From contig CP068257.2 in the NCBI GenBank assembly GCA_009914755.4, positions 19,936,001 to 20,000,000 of the forward strand: a stretch of DNA of 64,000 bases. The letters run 5' to 3'. The DNA is from the human T2T-CHM13v2.0 reference genome, Homo sapiens. Below, one piece after another: positions 1-13,322 of the stretch. Within the stretch, counting starts at the first letter, position 1. Every line of letters starts with the position of its first letter. Position numbers and translations under genes: made by a program. The notes beneath the pieces were generated by a model that ran no database searches, had not been told where the DNA came from, and saw only the letters and a program-made list of their open reading frames with translations.

Positions 1-251
1 AGGCTGTACGGCAAGCATTGTCCTTTCCCATCAAATGCAAGACTACTTTCCAGTAAACCTCTTCGTCTATATAGGACTAAAACTACCCTTCACTTCCCAG
101 AGAAAGCTTGCCCAATTAGTGTAGGAAGGAAGGGGAGTTACCACTTTCCCCCTACCTACCAAATCTGGGGAAGCCCCCTCTACCTCCTCAAGCAACACCA
201 GCAGGACAAAGTAGAATGCCAGCTGCAACCAATAAGCCAGGTAGACTGCTA

Positions 252-589
252 TGATATGAATGCTGTATCTCCACATAGCTTATATGTTGAAACCTAATCC
301 CCAATGTGATGGTGTTAGGAGGTAGGGTCTAAATATCTATTACCTCCCATTAGACATTAGTGCCCTTTTGAAATAGGTACCAGAGAGCTCCCGTGCCCCT
401 TTCACCATGTCAGGACACAGAAACCATGACTTTCTATGAACCAGAAAAAGGACCCTCACCAGACAAGGAACTTGTCATCTCCTTGATCTTGGACTTTGGG
501 GCCTTCAGAATTGTGAGAGATATATTTTTTTTAATGAGCCATTCAGTCTATGGTATTTTTTCTTAGGGCAGCCCTAACAGACTAACACA
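252..589 (+). mobile_element. Solo MaLR-type LTR (MLT1/MST-like)
   Basis: Begins with tgatatg and ends with ...cagtctatggtattttttcttagggcagccctaacagactaacaca, the characteristic MaLR LTR 3' end; ~340 bp with no internal region attached. Confidence 0.5.
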
Positions 590-1319
590 CAGACGGAAAC
601 AAAACTGCAAAAGTTCTGAAAACTCCACTGACAGCCTGTAAAAGTAGGCCAAGCTGTGGGCTAAACCTAAATAAGGTGACTGCCTGCTGAAATAGTAAAT
701 AAAAATAAAAGTAGTTAAACAGACCTAGAGTTTCTTAACTGTGAAGAAATAACACTGCCCTGGATTTCTCAGAATTTCAGTAAGTCATAGTTTCCTGAGA
801 CTCTTTACACACCATGAAAATTAGATCTGCAGCCATTTGTCTAATTAATTGTTTTGATTCAAAAGGATAGTGCAATTTCTTCTATCTGCCTGAAGGGTTC
901 AAATGATTCTAGCACCAATACATTCCTAGATTAAATCACTGAGGAGCTAGGAAGATTGGGGTTATCTTCTTCAATACTTACATTCCAAGGAATAATGAGG
1001 CCGTTGGACCTTGGAGAGAGCTTTAGGTTATAATATCTGTGACATGAAAGCTATGTGGTGCTCATCAAAATTTTTATATATCAAAATTTTGTATATGTCA
1101 AATTTCTGAAATAAGGAGATGCTTTCAGTGGAGTAGGGACATCAATTTTTCCCCTTTATAAGCAGATACATTTTTTTCTTCTCTTTAATCTATGACAGGT
1201 GTGCCCTCTCATGTAGGAAAAACCCCATTAGCTTTCACCTTGTCTCCCTAGGGGTAAGAAAAGTCCCTTAGAAGAGCCTACTGCTTATTATTTACTGTTC
1301 TAATTGGAAATTTAACACC

Positions 1320-2640
<1,321 letters not shown>

Positions 2641-3561
2641 CTGTCTTCCATTTTCAGAGAATGCAACATGAGGTTCTTTGAGTTATTCCCTTTTATTCAG
2701 CAAGTGTATCAATCAGTCAGTACATACTTCCACCTGTTTCCATATTTTGACTACTTTTCTCTGTGTTTAGCTCCCTCAGATTGGGAACCACTATTGTGAA
2801 TCTGAAAAGGTGTGAGTGTAATGGGAAGACCATAGTAAAAGCAGAAGAACATTATAAGACATTACTTACCCTCAATGACAAGTCATTAGATATCTGGTAT
2901 TTTAATGGCAAATAATTGAACATTCTTACATCTAACTTTTTCACTTAAAGTGAATTACTGTTATATATTTCCATCATTTAGTTTTTCCTCTAATCTATTT
3001 TTTCCTAACAGAGGAAAAATTGACTTCAATAAAATCCCATCCTTTTTGAATTCCAACATTTATTCTATTAGAATGTGGATTTTATTAACTATTTTTTCCC
3101 TAAGCCCATGTAACATAGTGTTTTTAAATAGCCTCAGGGTAAATGTTATGATTTCAAAGGCTTCAGTTTTGTTAAGTTTTTATGTCACCCTCAGACTGCT
3201 GTAAGCCATTTTTCTCAGAGTTAAAAAGTCCATTCCTTTAAAGTTAATTGGCACTGACTCATAATATAATTTACAGTTATTTTGCTGTTATGATTTATAC
3301 CAACTATGCCCTAAAGAATATTAGGATAATTCAAAGCTACAAAACAAACATCTGAGAAAGTTTTGAATAGACAGAATAAATGAAAATATTTTATAGGGTA
3401 TTTGAGACTAAATGAAGAGTCAGTTAAAAAATGAAAAGAGGCTATTCCAAAATGTGTAAATTAATTGAGATAAGAAGAGTCCATTTATACTAGAAGAAAG
3501 CTGCTGAATTTTTATAGAATTATAGATTTGCTAGAGAAAAAGTAACTATTTGACCTCTTCT

Positions 3562-3871
<310 letters not shown>

Positions 3872-5624
3872 CTATTTGACCTCTTCTACACTGTAGACCA
3901 GACATGGTCCCAGGATACATGTCACTACAGGTTTATGTGACCAGTAATAGAGGTGACCAAGATGGGGGTGGGTCAGCGAAATTGATCTGCCTGTGGGGCT
4001 GGAAATTAGGGGATATGTTTTCTGTAGAGAATTTTAAAACTACATTTAAAAAGCCAACTCAAATTTGTTTTGCATTTTTATTGTCATTCTATTAGTGTCA
4101 ATGATAAAATGTTCCTTTAGGACAAGGCAGACTGCCCCCATGTTCTCTCTCCCTTGGCTTGCCATTAATCAAGTGTCAAGAACGAAGCCTGTCTTGGGCA
4201 ATACCAGTGGTGCATTTGACCATAGGATAAAGTGGAATCCAGTGGCCACTGTGATTCTCCTTTCCACTCTCACGGTTACGAGTTGAGGCAGAAGGAGCTG
4301 CTGCTGTTTCCCTGGACAGTACTACAATGAATTTCATAATAGCATAGTATTTCTTGATGAGAATGGGTAAGCATAGAGCCTGAAGCAAAACTGGAACACT
4401 GAAAAATTTGTTTCAGAGCATTTAAGATTTTAATTTCTTAGAGTGTTTAATTTGTTACTAAGAGACATGGAGAGTTGGGTTAAAGAGAAAAAAAAAAACT
4501 TGAATCTTTGCTGAGGTAGCTTCTCAAGGTGTTGCAAAGTAACAACTGTATTTATGCCTTAGTTGGCTTTGATTTTGGCTCAGAAAGTTTCATATTATCA
4601 ATTTACGTTAACCTCTTCCAGGTATTAGTTTATTTTCCCCTTTTCTTTTACACACAGACACAAAGTCGCAAACATTAATTTAGGAGCAAGAATAGAAAAT
4701 ATTTTTTGAGATGTTACTTTACAGAGAGCTATTTTTGCTTGACACCTTTCCTTTCTACATGCAGTGAAATACATCGTGATTGCAAAGGGTGAAGAAATGG
4801 GGTTTGTGCACTTTTGAGTGTGTATTGAAAAATATTATTATTCATTTAGTAGCTTTGTATTACTTGACAGGCTGTATAAATTCTGACATTTCCCAGTACA
4901 ATTACATATAATACAGGGATAGTCAAATTTACACATATATACAAACATCTATAAATGATCATCATCAAAAAGGCAAATACATTTTTAAGAGATAACCCAT
5001 GACTTTTCTTTCTTATTATTTCCATAAGCAATTGTAGTCTTTTCTTTAAAAATGCCATGACTCAAAAGAATTTCAGAAGTACCTGCTTCAAAATCCACTT
5101 AATACTGGAGTCACTGTCAATACCAAGAATACACAGAGTAAAGATGGAATCAGTTGCTCATAATATTCTCTACCATCGCTGTTCAATAGAAACCTGTGAT
5201 GTTAATAATGTGCCATGTGCTGTCTAATACAGTAGCTACTAGCCACAGGTGACTATGAAGCACTTACAATGTGGCTATGTAACTAGCAACTCTACTTATA
5301 ACATTTTAATTTTAATTACCTTAAATTTAAATTGTCACTGGAAACTAGTTGTTACCATATTAGCCAATGCAGTATGTGATGTTCCATTTAAATGGACTCT
5401 GTATGATGTTTATTCTCCTTGCTTTTAATAACACCAGGAAAAGGTATTGTTTTCCTTTCTATATTTTAGCTAAGATAGGCTGTTCAATGACACAGTATAT
5501 CTTGAAATTACAGTGGCTTAACAAAGCAAAGTTTGATTTCTCTCCAAGTCCAGTGACATTTGGTGGATATGCTCAATAGGCATTTATGATTCAAAGTGTT
5601 TTACTCCATTTGGGCTACTATAAA

Positions 5625-6230
5625 AATAACATAAACTTGGTAGAATATAAACAATAGAGATTTATTTCTCACAGCTCTGGAGGCTAAGGCCAAGATTAGG
5701 TGCCAGCACATTCAGTGTCTGGCATGGATCCGTTTTTTGGTTCAGATATGGATGGCACCTTCTCACTGTGTCCTCATAGTGGAAGGGGTGAGGAATCTCT
5801 CTGGGGCCTCTTTTATAAGGGCACTAATCTCATTCATGAGGACTCCACTCTCATGAACTAATCACTTCCAAAATTTCCACCACCTAATACTCTTACCTTG
5901 GGGGTTAGGATTTCAACATGCAGCACAAACATTCACCTGGTAGCACAAGGTAGAGGCCACTTCTATCTTGCAGCTCTGCTAAGTCATCTCATGGCCACAG
6001 TAGCTGCAGCATCAGTGAAAGAGAAGTTGTGGAGAACGATCATGGCTCCTAAGACTCTCATCAGAAGTGACACACGTGACTTCCCTTCACTGTTCACCAG
6101 TCAGGACAGTCACAAGGCTTCCAGAAACCTCCAAGAAGTCTGGACAGTCTTCTTAGAGCCTAAGAAGCATAGAGACAGCTTTGCAGTGAGCGCAAGTAAT
6201 CATTATTCCTCCATATGTTAGCTTTGAGAT
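5625..6230. repeat. Ancient interspersed repeat, family not assignable (ttctcacagctctggaggct...tataagggcactaatctcattcatgagg...gggggttaggatttcaacatg motif family)
   Basis: Strong resemblance to a very common human dispersed repeat consensus that I recognise by motif but cannot name with confidence. Confidence 0.35.
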
Positions 6231-6683
6231 CAGGGACACATCAGTGAGACTCTCCAAGTTTCAGTTGCTTTATCTCCTTGAAACAGGGATATTACAACTG
6301 ATTACAGAAAATACTCAAGGATTACATAGGATAATCTCACAGAAGTTTCATAGCACAGGATCTTCCTCATAGTAAATGTTCAATAAATGTTACTTCTATT
6401 GTTTTTAGATCATCATTTATTTCCAATGCCATTTTTTCCTTTGGCTTAAGTTTAAACGCATACACCCTGATATTATTCACTTTTAATTTCATTTAGTGCT
6501 ATGTTTGCATTGCATTTTTTTCTTAAAGATTATTTAGGGGAAAAATTAAAGAAAATATGAAATATGATAAAACTCTTAGAATACCTGTAGATACAAAGCA
6601 TTTATTATCTAGTCATGGTATGCATATTTGGTAACTGAATTAAGGCAGAAATGCATATTAAACTTTAACAATGTATTGGTGGA

Positions 6684-6966
6684 GGCCGGGCACGGTGACT
6701 CATGCCTGTAATCCCAGCACTTTGGGAGGCCGAGGCAGGTGGACCAGGAGGTCAGGAGATCGAGACCATCCTGGTTAACACAGTGAAACCCTGTTTCTAC
6801 TAAAAATACCAAAAAAAAAAAAAAAAAGCCAGGTGTGGTGGTGCGTGCCTGTAGTCCCAGCTACTCGAGAGGCTGAGGTAGAAAAATCTCTTGAACCTGG
6901 AAGGTGGAGGTTGAGTTGAGCCAAGATTACGATTGTACTAGCCTGGGCAACAAGAGTGAATCTCTC
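6684..6966 (+). mobile_element. Alu SINE with no A-tail; the 3' end runs directly into a (TC)n tract
   Basis: ggccgggcacggtgactcatgcctgtaatcccagcactttgggaggccgaggcagg ... gcctgggcaacaagagtgaatctc, followed immediately by (TC)n. Confidence 0.9.
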
Positions 6967-7042
6967 TCTGTCTCTCTCTCTCTTTCTCACTCTCTCTGTC
7001 TCTCTCTCCTCTCTCTCTCTTTCCTCTCTCTCTCTCTCTCTC
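6960..7042. repeat. (TC)n / (GA)n microsatellite, ~80 bp, imperfect
   Basis: tctctctctgtctctctctctctttctcactctctctgtctctctctcctctctctctc.... Its translation is the artefactual [18 protein letters not shown]... (6775..7044, - strand). Confidence 0.95.
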
Positions 7043-7100
7043 ATTCCTAGAATGTGTGAACATTAGGGTAATATTTTCCTGTCCAATTTTAGCACAATTT
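7043..7100. repeat. 58-bp segment, copy A of a local duplication (partner at 9276-9333)
   Basis: attcctagaatgtgtgaacattagggtaatattttcctgtccaattttagcacaattt versus attcctagagtgtgtgaacattagggtaatattttcatgtccaattttagcacaattt at 9276-9333; 56/58 identical. Confidence 0.85.
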
Positions 7101-7101
7101 A

Positions 7102-7420
7102 CAGGATGTAATGGCTCCCACCTGTAATCCCAGCACTTTGGGAGGCTGAGGTGAGAGGATTACTTGAGCTCAGGAGTTCAAGATCAGCCTAGGCAACATA
7201 GTGAGACCTTGTCTCTACTAAAAACAAAAATTAAAAAAAAAAAAAAAGCCAGGTGTGGTGGTGCACACCCACAGTCCCAGCTATTTGGGAGGGTGAGGTG
7301 GGAAGATTCCTGAGCCCAGAAGATTGAAGTGGCAGTGAGCCATAATCCCACCCCTGCACTCCAGCATGGGCCACAGAGCAAGACTCTGTGACAAAAAAAG
7401 CCAAAATAAAATAAAAAAGT
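7102..7420 (+). mobile_element. Alu SINE with A-rich tail
   Basis: ...gtaatggctcccacctgtaatcccagcactttgggaggctgaggtgagaggattacttgagctcaggagttcaagatcagcctaggcaacatagtgagacc ... tail gacaaaaaaagccaaaataaaataaaaaa. Confidence 0.9.
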
Positions 7421-8070
7421 TCAATCTAGGAGTAAAATAATTTTTTCTCCTTACTTTATTTCAGTAATAAAAATTCTGTAAATCTAAAATCCCAAAAAAA
7501 CAAAACCATAGAATGTTTTCAGGCATGGTATGGGCAATTTTGCATGTGTGGGGTGGCACTAAATGAGAATTCACCATGTAAAATGAATACTTGAGAAAAT
7601 ATTAGAATCAAAAGATGTTTCTGTAACTAGAGGGCAAGTTCCAGCTGCTCCCAGGCGTATCTAAATCATGCATTCTTGCTTTAGGGGATATGTGACCTTC
7701 ATATTTGCAATTTTTAAGAAATGTCTTTTCATGCTTTTCATAGTAAAATACCCTGTGTTTTTAAAATTTAATTGTGTGTAATCAGTTTCAAACTAGTATT
7801 CGTATCCTGCTTGATTAGTGTCTTTCATTTTAATCAGAGTTCAACACAAACTGGTTACATTTTTTATGTGAATATGCTAGAAAGACAAAAGCAGAGACAG
7901 TCATCTAAGGTTGTGACTAAGACTGATTGACCAATGTTATGTCTCATTAAGGTACAGTGCAAGCTGAGAAGAGTTTTAATCCAATATTTGAGAGCAGAAG
8001 CAGATTGTGGGGTTCCCCTGACATTCTTTCTTTTTCTTCCTGCACAATTATTCTCATGCCCACCGTCCTG

Positions 8071-8074
<4 letters not shown>

Positions 8075-8102
<28 letters not shown>
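8075..8102. repeat. (AC)14 microsatellite
   Basis: acacacacacacacacacacacacacac. It gives the artefactual ORF residues MCVCVCVCV / THTHTHTHT. Confidence 0.95.
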
Positions 8103-8105
<3 letters not shown>

Positions 8106-9275
8106 AGTACATACTCCTCTCTGTATTTTTTTTTCTTTTTACATTTCTCTGATGTGGTTATTAGTATGGAGCCAGTTTCAATCCTGACTTGGGCATGGAT
8201 ATGTTCCAAAAGTGCCTGTTATTTTTATATGATTTTGGCCGCCATTCTTTCATTCATAAATAGTTTGAGACTGAGAAAGTATAAAGAATAAGCAAAGTCT
8301 AATCCAGAAATATCACCTATCAATTGGTGTATTCCATCTTTAGCAATCTCCTTTCCAATAAGCTGCTATTTATCTGTAACTGTCCTACCTTAGATGTAAT
8401 AGTTTTTACCGTGTCCAAATATAAGGAAGAAATTAACTTGAGTAATTTTACATATGGCTCTAGTTATCTAGTGTGGGTTTCACAATGTCTTCATCTATTA
8501 ACTTTTATATCATTTTGAATGTAAGTATTCTTTTATGAAGCAATATTTTTTCAACATATAATTGGAAATTAGAATTCCATGCAACTTCATAAATGCTGAT
8601 TTAATATCAAGAACTTAATTTAGGTTAGTTAGAAAATTGAGCCTCCCGGTTGCCACACAATGCATATGGGTGTGTGTACATGGGTTTCATTTACTTTTCA
8701 GCCCTATATAATTACCTTGTTACTCTAAACTTTACACCTGAAGCACTGAGCATAAGAGACAGTCATTAACCAGAATGAGCTTGTTTCCCAAGTTCTTATA
8801 AAATTAATTATCCCCATAATTTTCTTGTTACTACTTCTAAAACTTATTAAGATATGTCTGTGTGTTTACCTCAAAATTACAATTAAATGTGAAGTTACAT
8901 GCAACCCAAGGAGTCTCTAATTTGTTTCTTTTCTAGGTGGGAGGATTTTCAAATTAAATTATGTTCTCCGTACCTTAATTTCATGTTGACAAAATCAGAA
9001 AAAAATAAGCAAATATACAACAGATGGGCAATGCTTTTGTAAGCATGGTGTTAATATTATCCAAGGAGACACTCCAGCAAACCATGTTTTTCAAATCAGT
9101 CTGTTCTGGCATAAGTTTTTAGGCAAAATGACTCATTAGCATTTAATCCAGATGGTTTTGGGCAGTGCATTTTCCTTCAGCAACTGTCAAGGTGCTGTAC
9201 TTCGAGTAAGTGACAATGGATACCCGGATTCTTCAAAGTCAAAAGAGTCAATTTTAGAATGGAGTGTAAACCGTT

Positions 9276-9333
9276 ATTCCTAGAGTGTGTGAACATTAGG
9301 GTAATATTTTCATGTCCAATTTTAGCACAATTT
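9276..9333. repeat. 58-bp segment, copy B of the local duplication (partner at 7043-7100)
   Basis: See feature 7043-7100. Confidence 0.85.
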
Positions 9334-9487
9334 TAACACCATCTCATAGTGATAAATATATGAAACATAAATTGAAATATGAAATATTTAAATCCATGTA
9401 ATACAAAGGATGCATCTAAGCATAATTTTCATAACAATATGTATATTTGAGCTCTACATGTTTTATAATTTTTTATAAAACATGAAG

Positions 9488-9507
9488 ATATATATATATA
9501 CATATAA
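9488..9507. repeat. (TA)n microsatellite abutting the Alu poly-T tail
   Basis: atatatatatatacatataa lies immediately 5' of tttttttttttgagacagag. Confidence 0.8.
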
Positions 9508-9827
<320 letters not shown>

Positions 9828-9941
9828 TGAGTACAGCTATCCACTTACCCTCCTTTTCAAGGTCTCATTAAATGTGAGGATTTCTGAAGTTCAATAAAGG
9901 CCACAAAAAAGTATACTAACAATGACAGTATAAAAAAATAA

Positions 9942-10234
9942 GGCCAGGTTTGGTGGTTCATGCCTGTAATCCCAGCACTTTGGGAGGCCCAAGCAGGAGG
10001 ATCACTTGAGCCCAGGCGTTCAAGACCATACTGGAGAACATAGGGAGACATCATCTCTATGAAGAATAAAGAAAAATAGCAGGGAGAGGTGGTGCACACC
10101 TGGGGTTCCAGTTACTTGGGAAGCTGACGTGGGAGGATCACTTGAGCCAGGCAGGTGGTGGCTGTAATAAACTATGATCACACCACTCTACTCCAACCTG
10201 GGCAAAAGAAGGAGACCTTGTCTCAAAATAAAAC
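9942..10234 (+). mobile_element. Alu SINE, older (AluJ/S-like, more diverged)
   Basis: ggccaggtttggtggttcatgcctgtaatcccagcactttgggaggcccaagcaggaggatcacttgagcccaggcgttcaagaccatactgg ... ctccaacctgggcaaaagaaggagaccttgtctcaaaataaaaca. Confidence 0.85.
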
Positions 10235-10552
10235 AGATATGTATCAGGCAAAGGTTGTTTGCAAGTAAAAAAAATCATATCTACATACCAATTTAAGCAA
10301 AAATAATTTACTACAGAGAATTTGGTAAACACAAAGATTGTTAGAAAGTCTAAAATAGCAGGCTTTATGTTCGCGTCAAGTAATGAGTCCCCAGACTATA
10401 ATTGAATCCAGCATAATAACTGTTGCCTGTTGACCCCAGGAACACAATTCCTACAATCTAAGGATTAGAAGATCATCATCAGAACTGGGGTCTTTAGAGC
10501 AAGATCATCTATGCTACAATTCTCACCAGCAAAATGAATTTCATGATTACCC

Positions 10553-12972
10553 AGCCTGTCTTTCTGCATTCAACTCACTTTTGAATATAATTTGTGGAAC
10601 CCAATTTGCAAGGGAATTTAGGAAATTTAGGTTTTAATTTGTTTTGCTTTTAACTTTCCAGCCTCTTCAGTGGAGGGAGGCATAGTAAAAGAGTATTGGG
10701 TTACATGACCACTGAGTTAATTTTCCATTGCTCTCACAGGCTGCTGAAAGTGGTATTTAGAATATTTCAGAAAAATGGAAATTAACAAGGATCAGATCAA
10801 CTGATGAGCTACAGCAGAGCCCAGCACAACACACCAAAGACAGAGTAATTCTTTACTAGGTAGAAACAGAAAACATTAACTGAAGAGTGCTCATATAAAA
10901 TGGGAAACTTAATTGTAAATGGGTATGCTTTCGACCTCTCCACTGACCAGTTATCCCCCTTATCTATTCCGTCTCCTCAAGTATTTATATTCTCTATTCC
11001 CTGAGACACAATATTTAAATTAGGCCAATTAATAACTCCACAATAGCCTCTAAATGTTCAAGTGAAGGGAGGAATCACATGTCTCCCACTTTAAATCAAA
11101 AGCTGGAAATGACTAAGCCAAGTGAGGTGGGCATGTTGAAAGCTGAGATAAGGTGAAAGTTAGGCTTTTTTTTTTTTTTTTTTTTTTTGCCAATCGCCAA
11201 GTTGTGAATGCAAATAAAAAGGTCCTGAAGTAAATTGAGTGTGCTGCTCCAATGAACACACAAGTAATAAGAAAGTGAAACTGCCTTATTGCTGGTAGAG
11301 GGAAAGTTTGGTGGTCTGGAGAAAAGATTAAACTAGGCTCAACATTCCCTTAACCAAAAAGGTGATGAAGCTGTAGAAGAAAAGTCTGAAGCTTGTTAAG
11401 ATTAGTTCAGGAGATTTCATCAAGGAAGCTATCTCTATAACCTAAAAGTGCAAGGTGAGACAGCAATGCTAAAGTAGAAGTTGCAGCAAAGTCATCCAGA
11501 ATATCTAGCTAAGATAATTGATAGAGGTAGATATCCTAATCAACAGATTTTCAAAGTAGATAAAACAGCTTTCTGTTGGAAGAAGATGCCATCTAGGACT
11601 TCCATAGCTAGAAGAGAGAATTCAGTGCCTGGCTTTAAAGCTTCAAAGGACTGGATGACTCTCTTGTTAGAGGCTACTGCACCTGCTGACTTTAAATGGA
11701 ATCCAATGCTCATTTACCATTCTGGATATCTTAGTACCCTTAAGAATTACACCAATTGCCTCTGCCTGTGCTCTAGAAATGGAATACAAAAAAGCCTGGA
11801 TGGCAGCATGTCTGTTTACAGCATGTTTTACTAAGTTTTTTAAGCCTACAATTGAGAACTCTTACTCATTCAAAAAGATTTCTTTCGAAATATTACTGCT
11901 CATTGACAATGCACTTTGTCACCTATGAGATCTGATCAAGAAATACACGAAGATTAATGCTTTCATACCTGCAAATACAACATCTGTTTTGCAGCCCATG
12001 GATCAAGGAGTAATTTCAACTTTCAAGTCTCAGTTTTATGAAATACATTTCATAAGGCTATAGCTGCATTCAATAGTGAGTTCTTTAGGAGATCTAGGCA
12101 GAGCAAACTGAAAACCTTCTGAAAAAGAATTGCCATTTTGGATGCCATTCAGAATATTCCTGATTCATGAAAGGAAGTGAAGATATAAACGTTAACACTG
12201 TTTTGGAGGAAGTTGATTCCAAACCTCCTGGATGACTTTGAGGAATTCAAGACTTAAGTGAAGAAAGTAACTGCAGATATTGTGGAAATAACAAAACACT
12301 CAAATTAAAAGAGAAGCCTTAAGATGTGACTGAGTTGCTATAACTTTATGATCAAATGTAAATGCATGAGTTTTTTTTTTTCTTATGAATGAGCAAACAA
12401 AGTGGTTTCTTCAGATGGAATCTACTCCTGGCAAAGATGTTGTGAACTTTCTCAAAATGACAATAAATAATTTAGAGTATTACATAAGCTTACTTGATAA
12501 AACAATAGCAGGGTTTCAAATTGACTCCAATTTTGACAAAAGTTCTCCTGTGAGTAAAATGTTATCACACATTATTGCCCACTACAGATAAATCGTTTGT
12601 GAAAAAAAAAAAAAGTAAACCCATGAGGCTGATTTAATTGTCTTATTTAAGAAACTGCCACAGTCACTCCAATCTTCAGCAACGATACTCTGATCAGTAA
12701 GAATCCATCACCATAGAGGCACAATCCTCCAACAGACAAAAGAATATGACTTGCTGAAGGCTCAGATGATGGCTAGCATTTTCATCAATAATGTACCTTT
12801 TTATTAAGACCTTTATATTGTTTTTAGATATAATGCTATTGCACACTTAGTAGACTATAGAATAGTGTAAACATAACTTTTATATGCACTCAGAAAACAA
12901 AATATTTATGTGATTCATTTTATTATGATAATTACTCTATTGCAGTGATCTGGAACCAAACCCACAATATCT
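10553..12972 (+). mobile_element. Tigger1 (pogo/Tc1-mariner superfamily) DNA transposon, near full length, with a decayed transposase frame; its last ~9 bp continue after the THE1B insertion at 15252-15260
   Basis: Six-frame translation gives pogo/CENP-B-like transposase segments: [56 protein letters not shown] and PANTTSVLQPMDQGVISTFKSQFYEIHF (DDE region), interrupted by stops and frameshifts. The 3' terminus ...gcagtgatctggaaccaaacccacaatatcttcaaggtatg matches the Tigger1 terminal inverted repeat (...ggtctggaaccgaacccgcaatatctccgaggtatgcctg). The 5' boundary near 10553 (cagcctgtc...) is less certain. Confidence 0.8.
11166..11188. repeat. Uninterrupted poly(T)23 inside Tigger1
   Basis: ggc + t x23 + gccaatcgccaag; a mononucleotide run. 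Confidence 0.95.
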
Positions 12973-12982
12973 TCAAGGTATG

Positions 12983-13322
12983 TGATATAGTTTGGCTGTG
13001 TCCCCAACAAAATTTCATCTTGAGTCGTAGTTCCCATAATCCCCATGTGTCAAAGGCAGGACCAGGTGGAGGTAATTGAATCATGGGGTGGTTTACCCCA
13101 TGCTGTTCTCATAATAGTGAGTTCTCATGAGATCTTATGGTTTTATAAACATCTAGCATTTCCCCTGCTGGCACTCATTATCTCTCCTCTGCCCTGTGAA
13201 GAGGTGCCTTCTTCAGATTGCAAGTTTCCTGAGGCCTCCCCAGCAATTCAGAACTGCGAGTAAATTAAACCTCTTTCCTTTGCAAATTACCCTACATAGC
13301 AGTATGAGAATGAATTAATACA
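12983..13322 (+). mobile_element. THE1B 5' LTR
   Basis: 340 bp, tgatatagtttggctgtgtccccaacaaaatttcatcttgag ... gaatgaattaataca; contains tataaa at ~13148-13153. Confidence 0.85.

Noticed and set aside
6775-7044. 89-aa [32 protein letters not shown]... (- strand)
   Set aside because: Pure translation of the (TC)n/(GA)n microsatellite followed by Alu sequence; not a gene.
7864-8187. ORFs containing CVCVCVCV / THTHTHTH
   Set aside because: Translation of the (AC)14 microsatellite.
11481-12591. 117-aa and 68-aa ORFs with transposase-like sequence; considered as a possible domesticated pogo/Tigger gene (cf. TIGD/JRK family)
   Set aside because: The reading frame is broken by multiple stops and frameshifts across the element, and the element still has recognisable termini. 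It is a decayed Tigger1 copy, not a domesticated gene.
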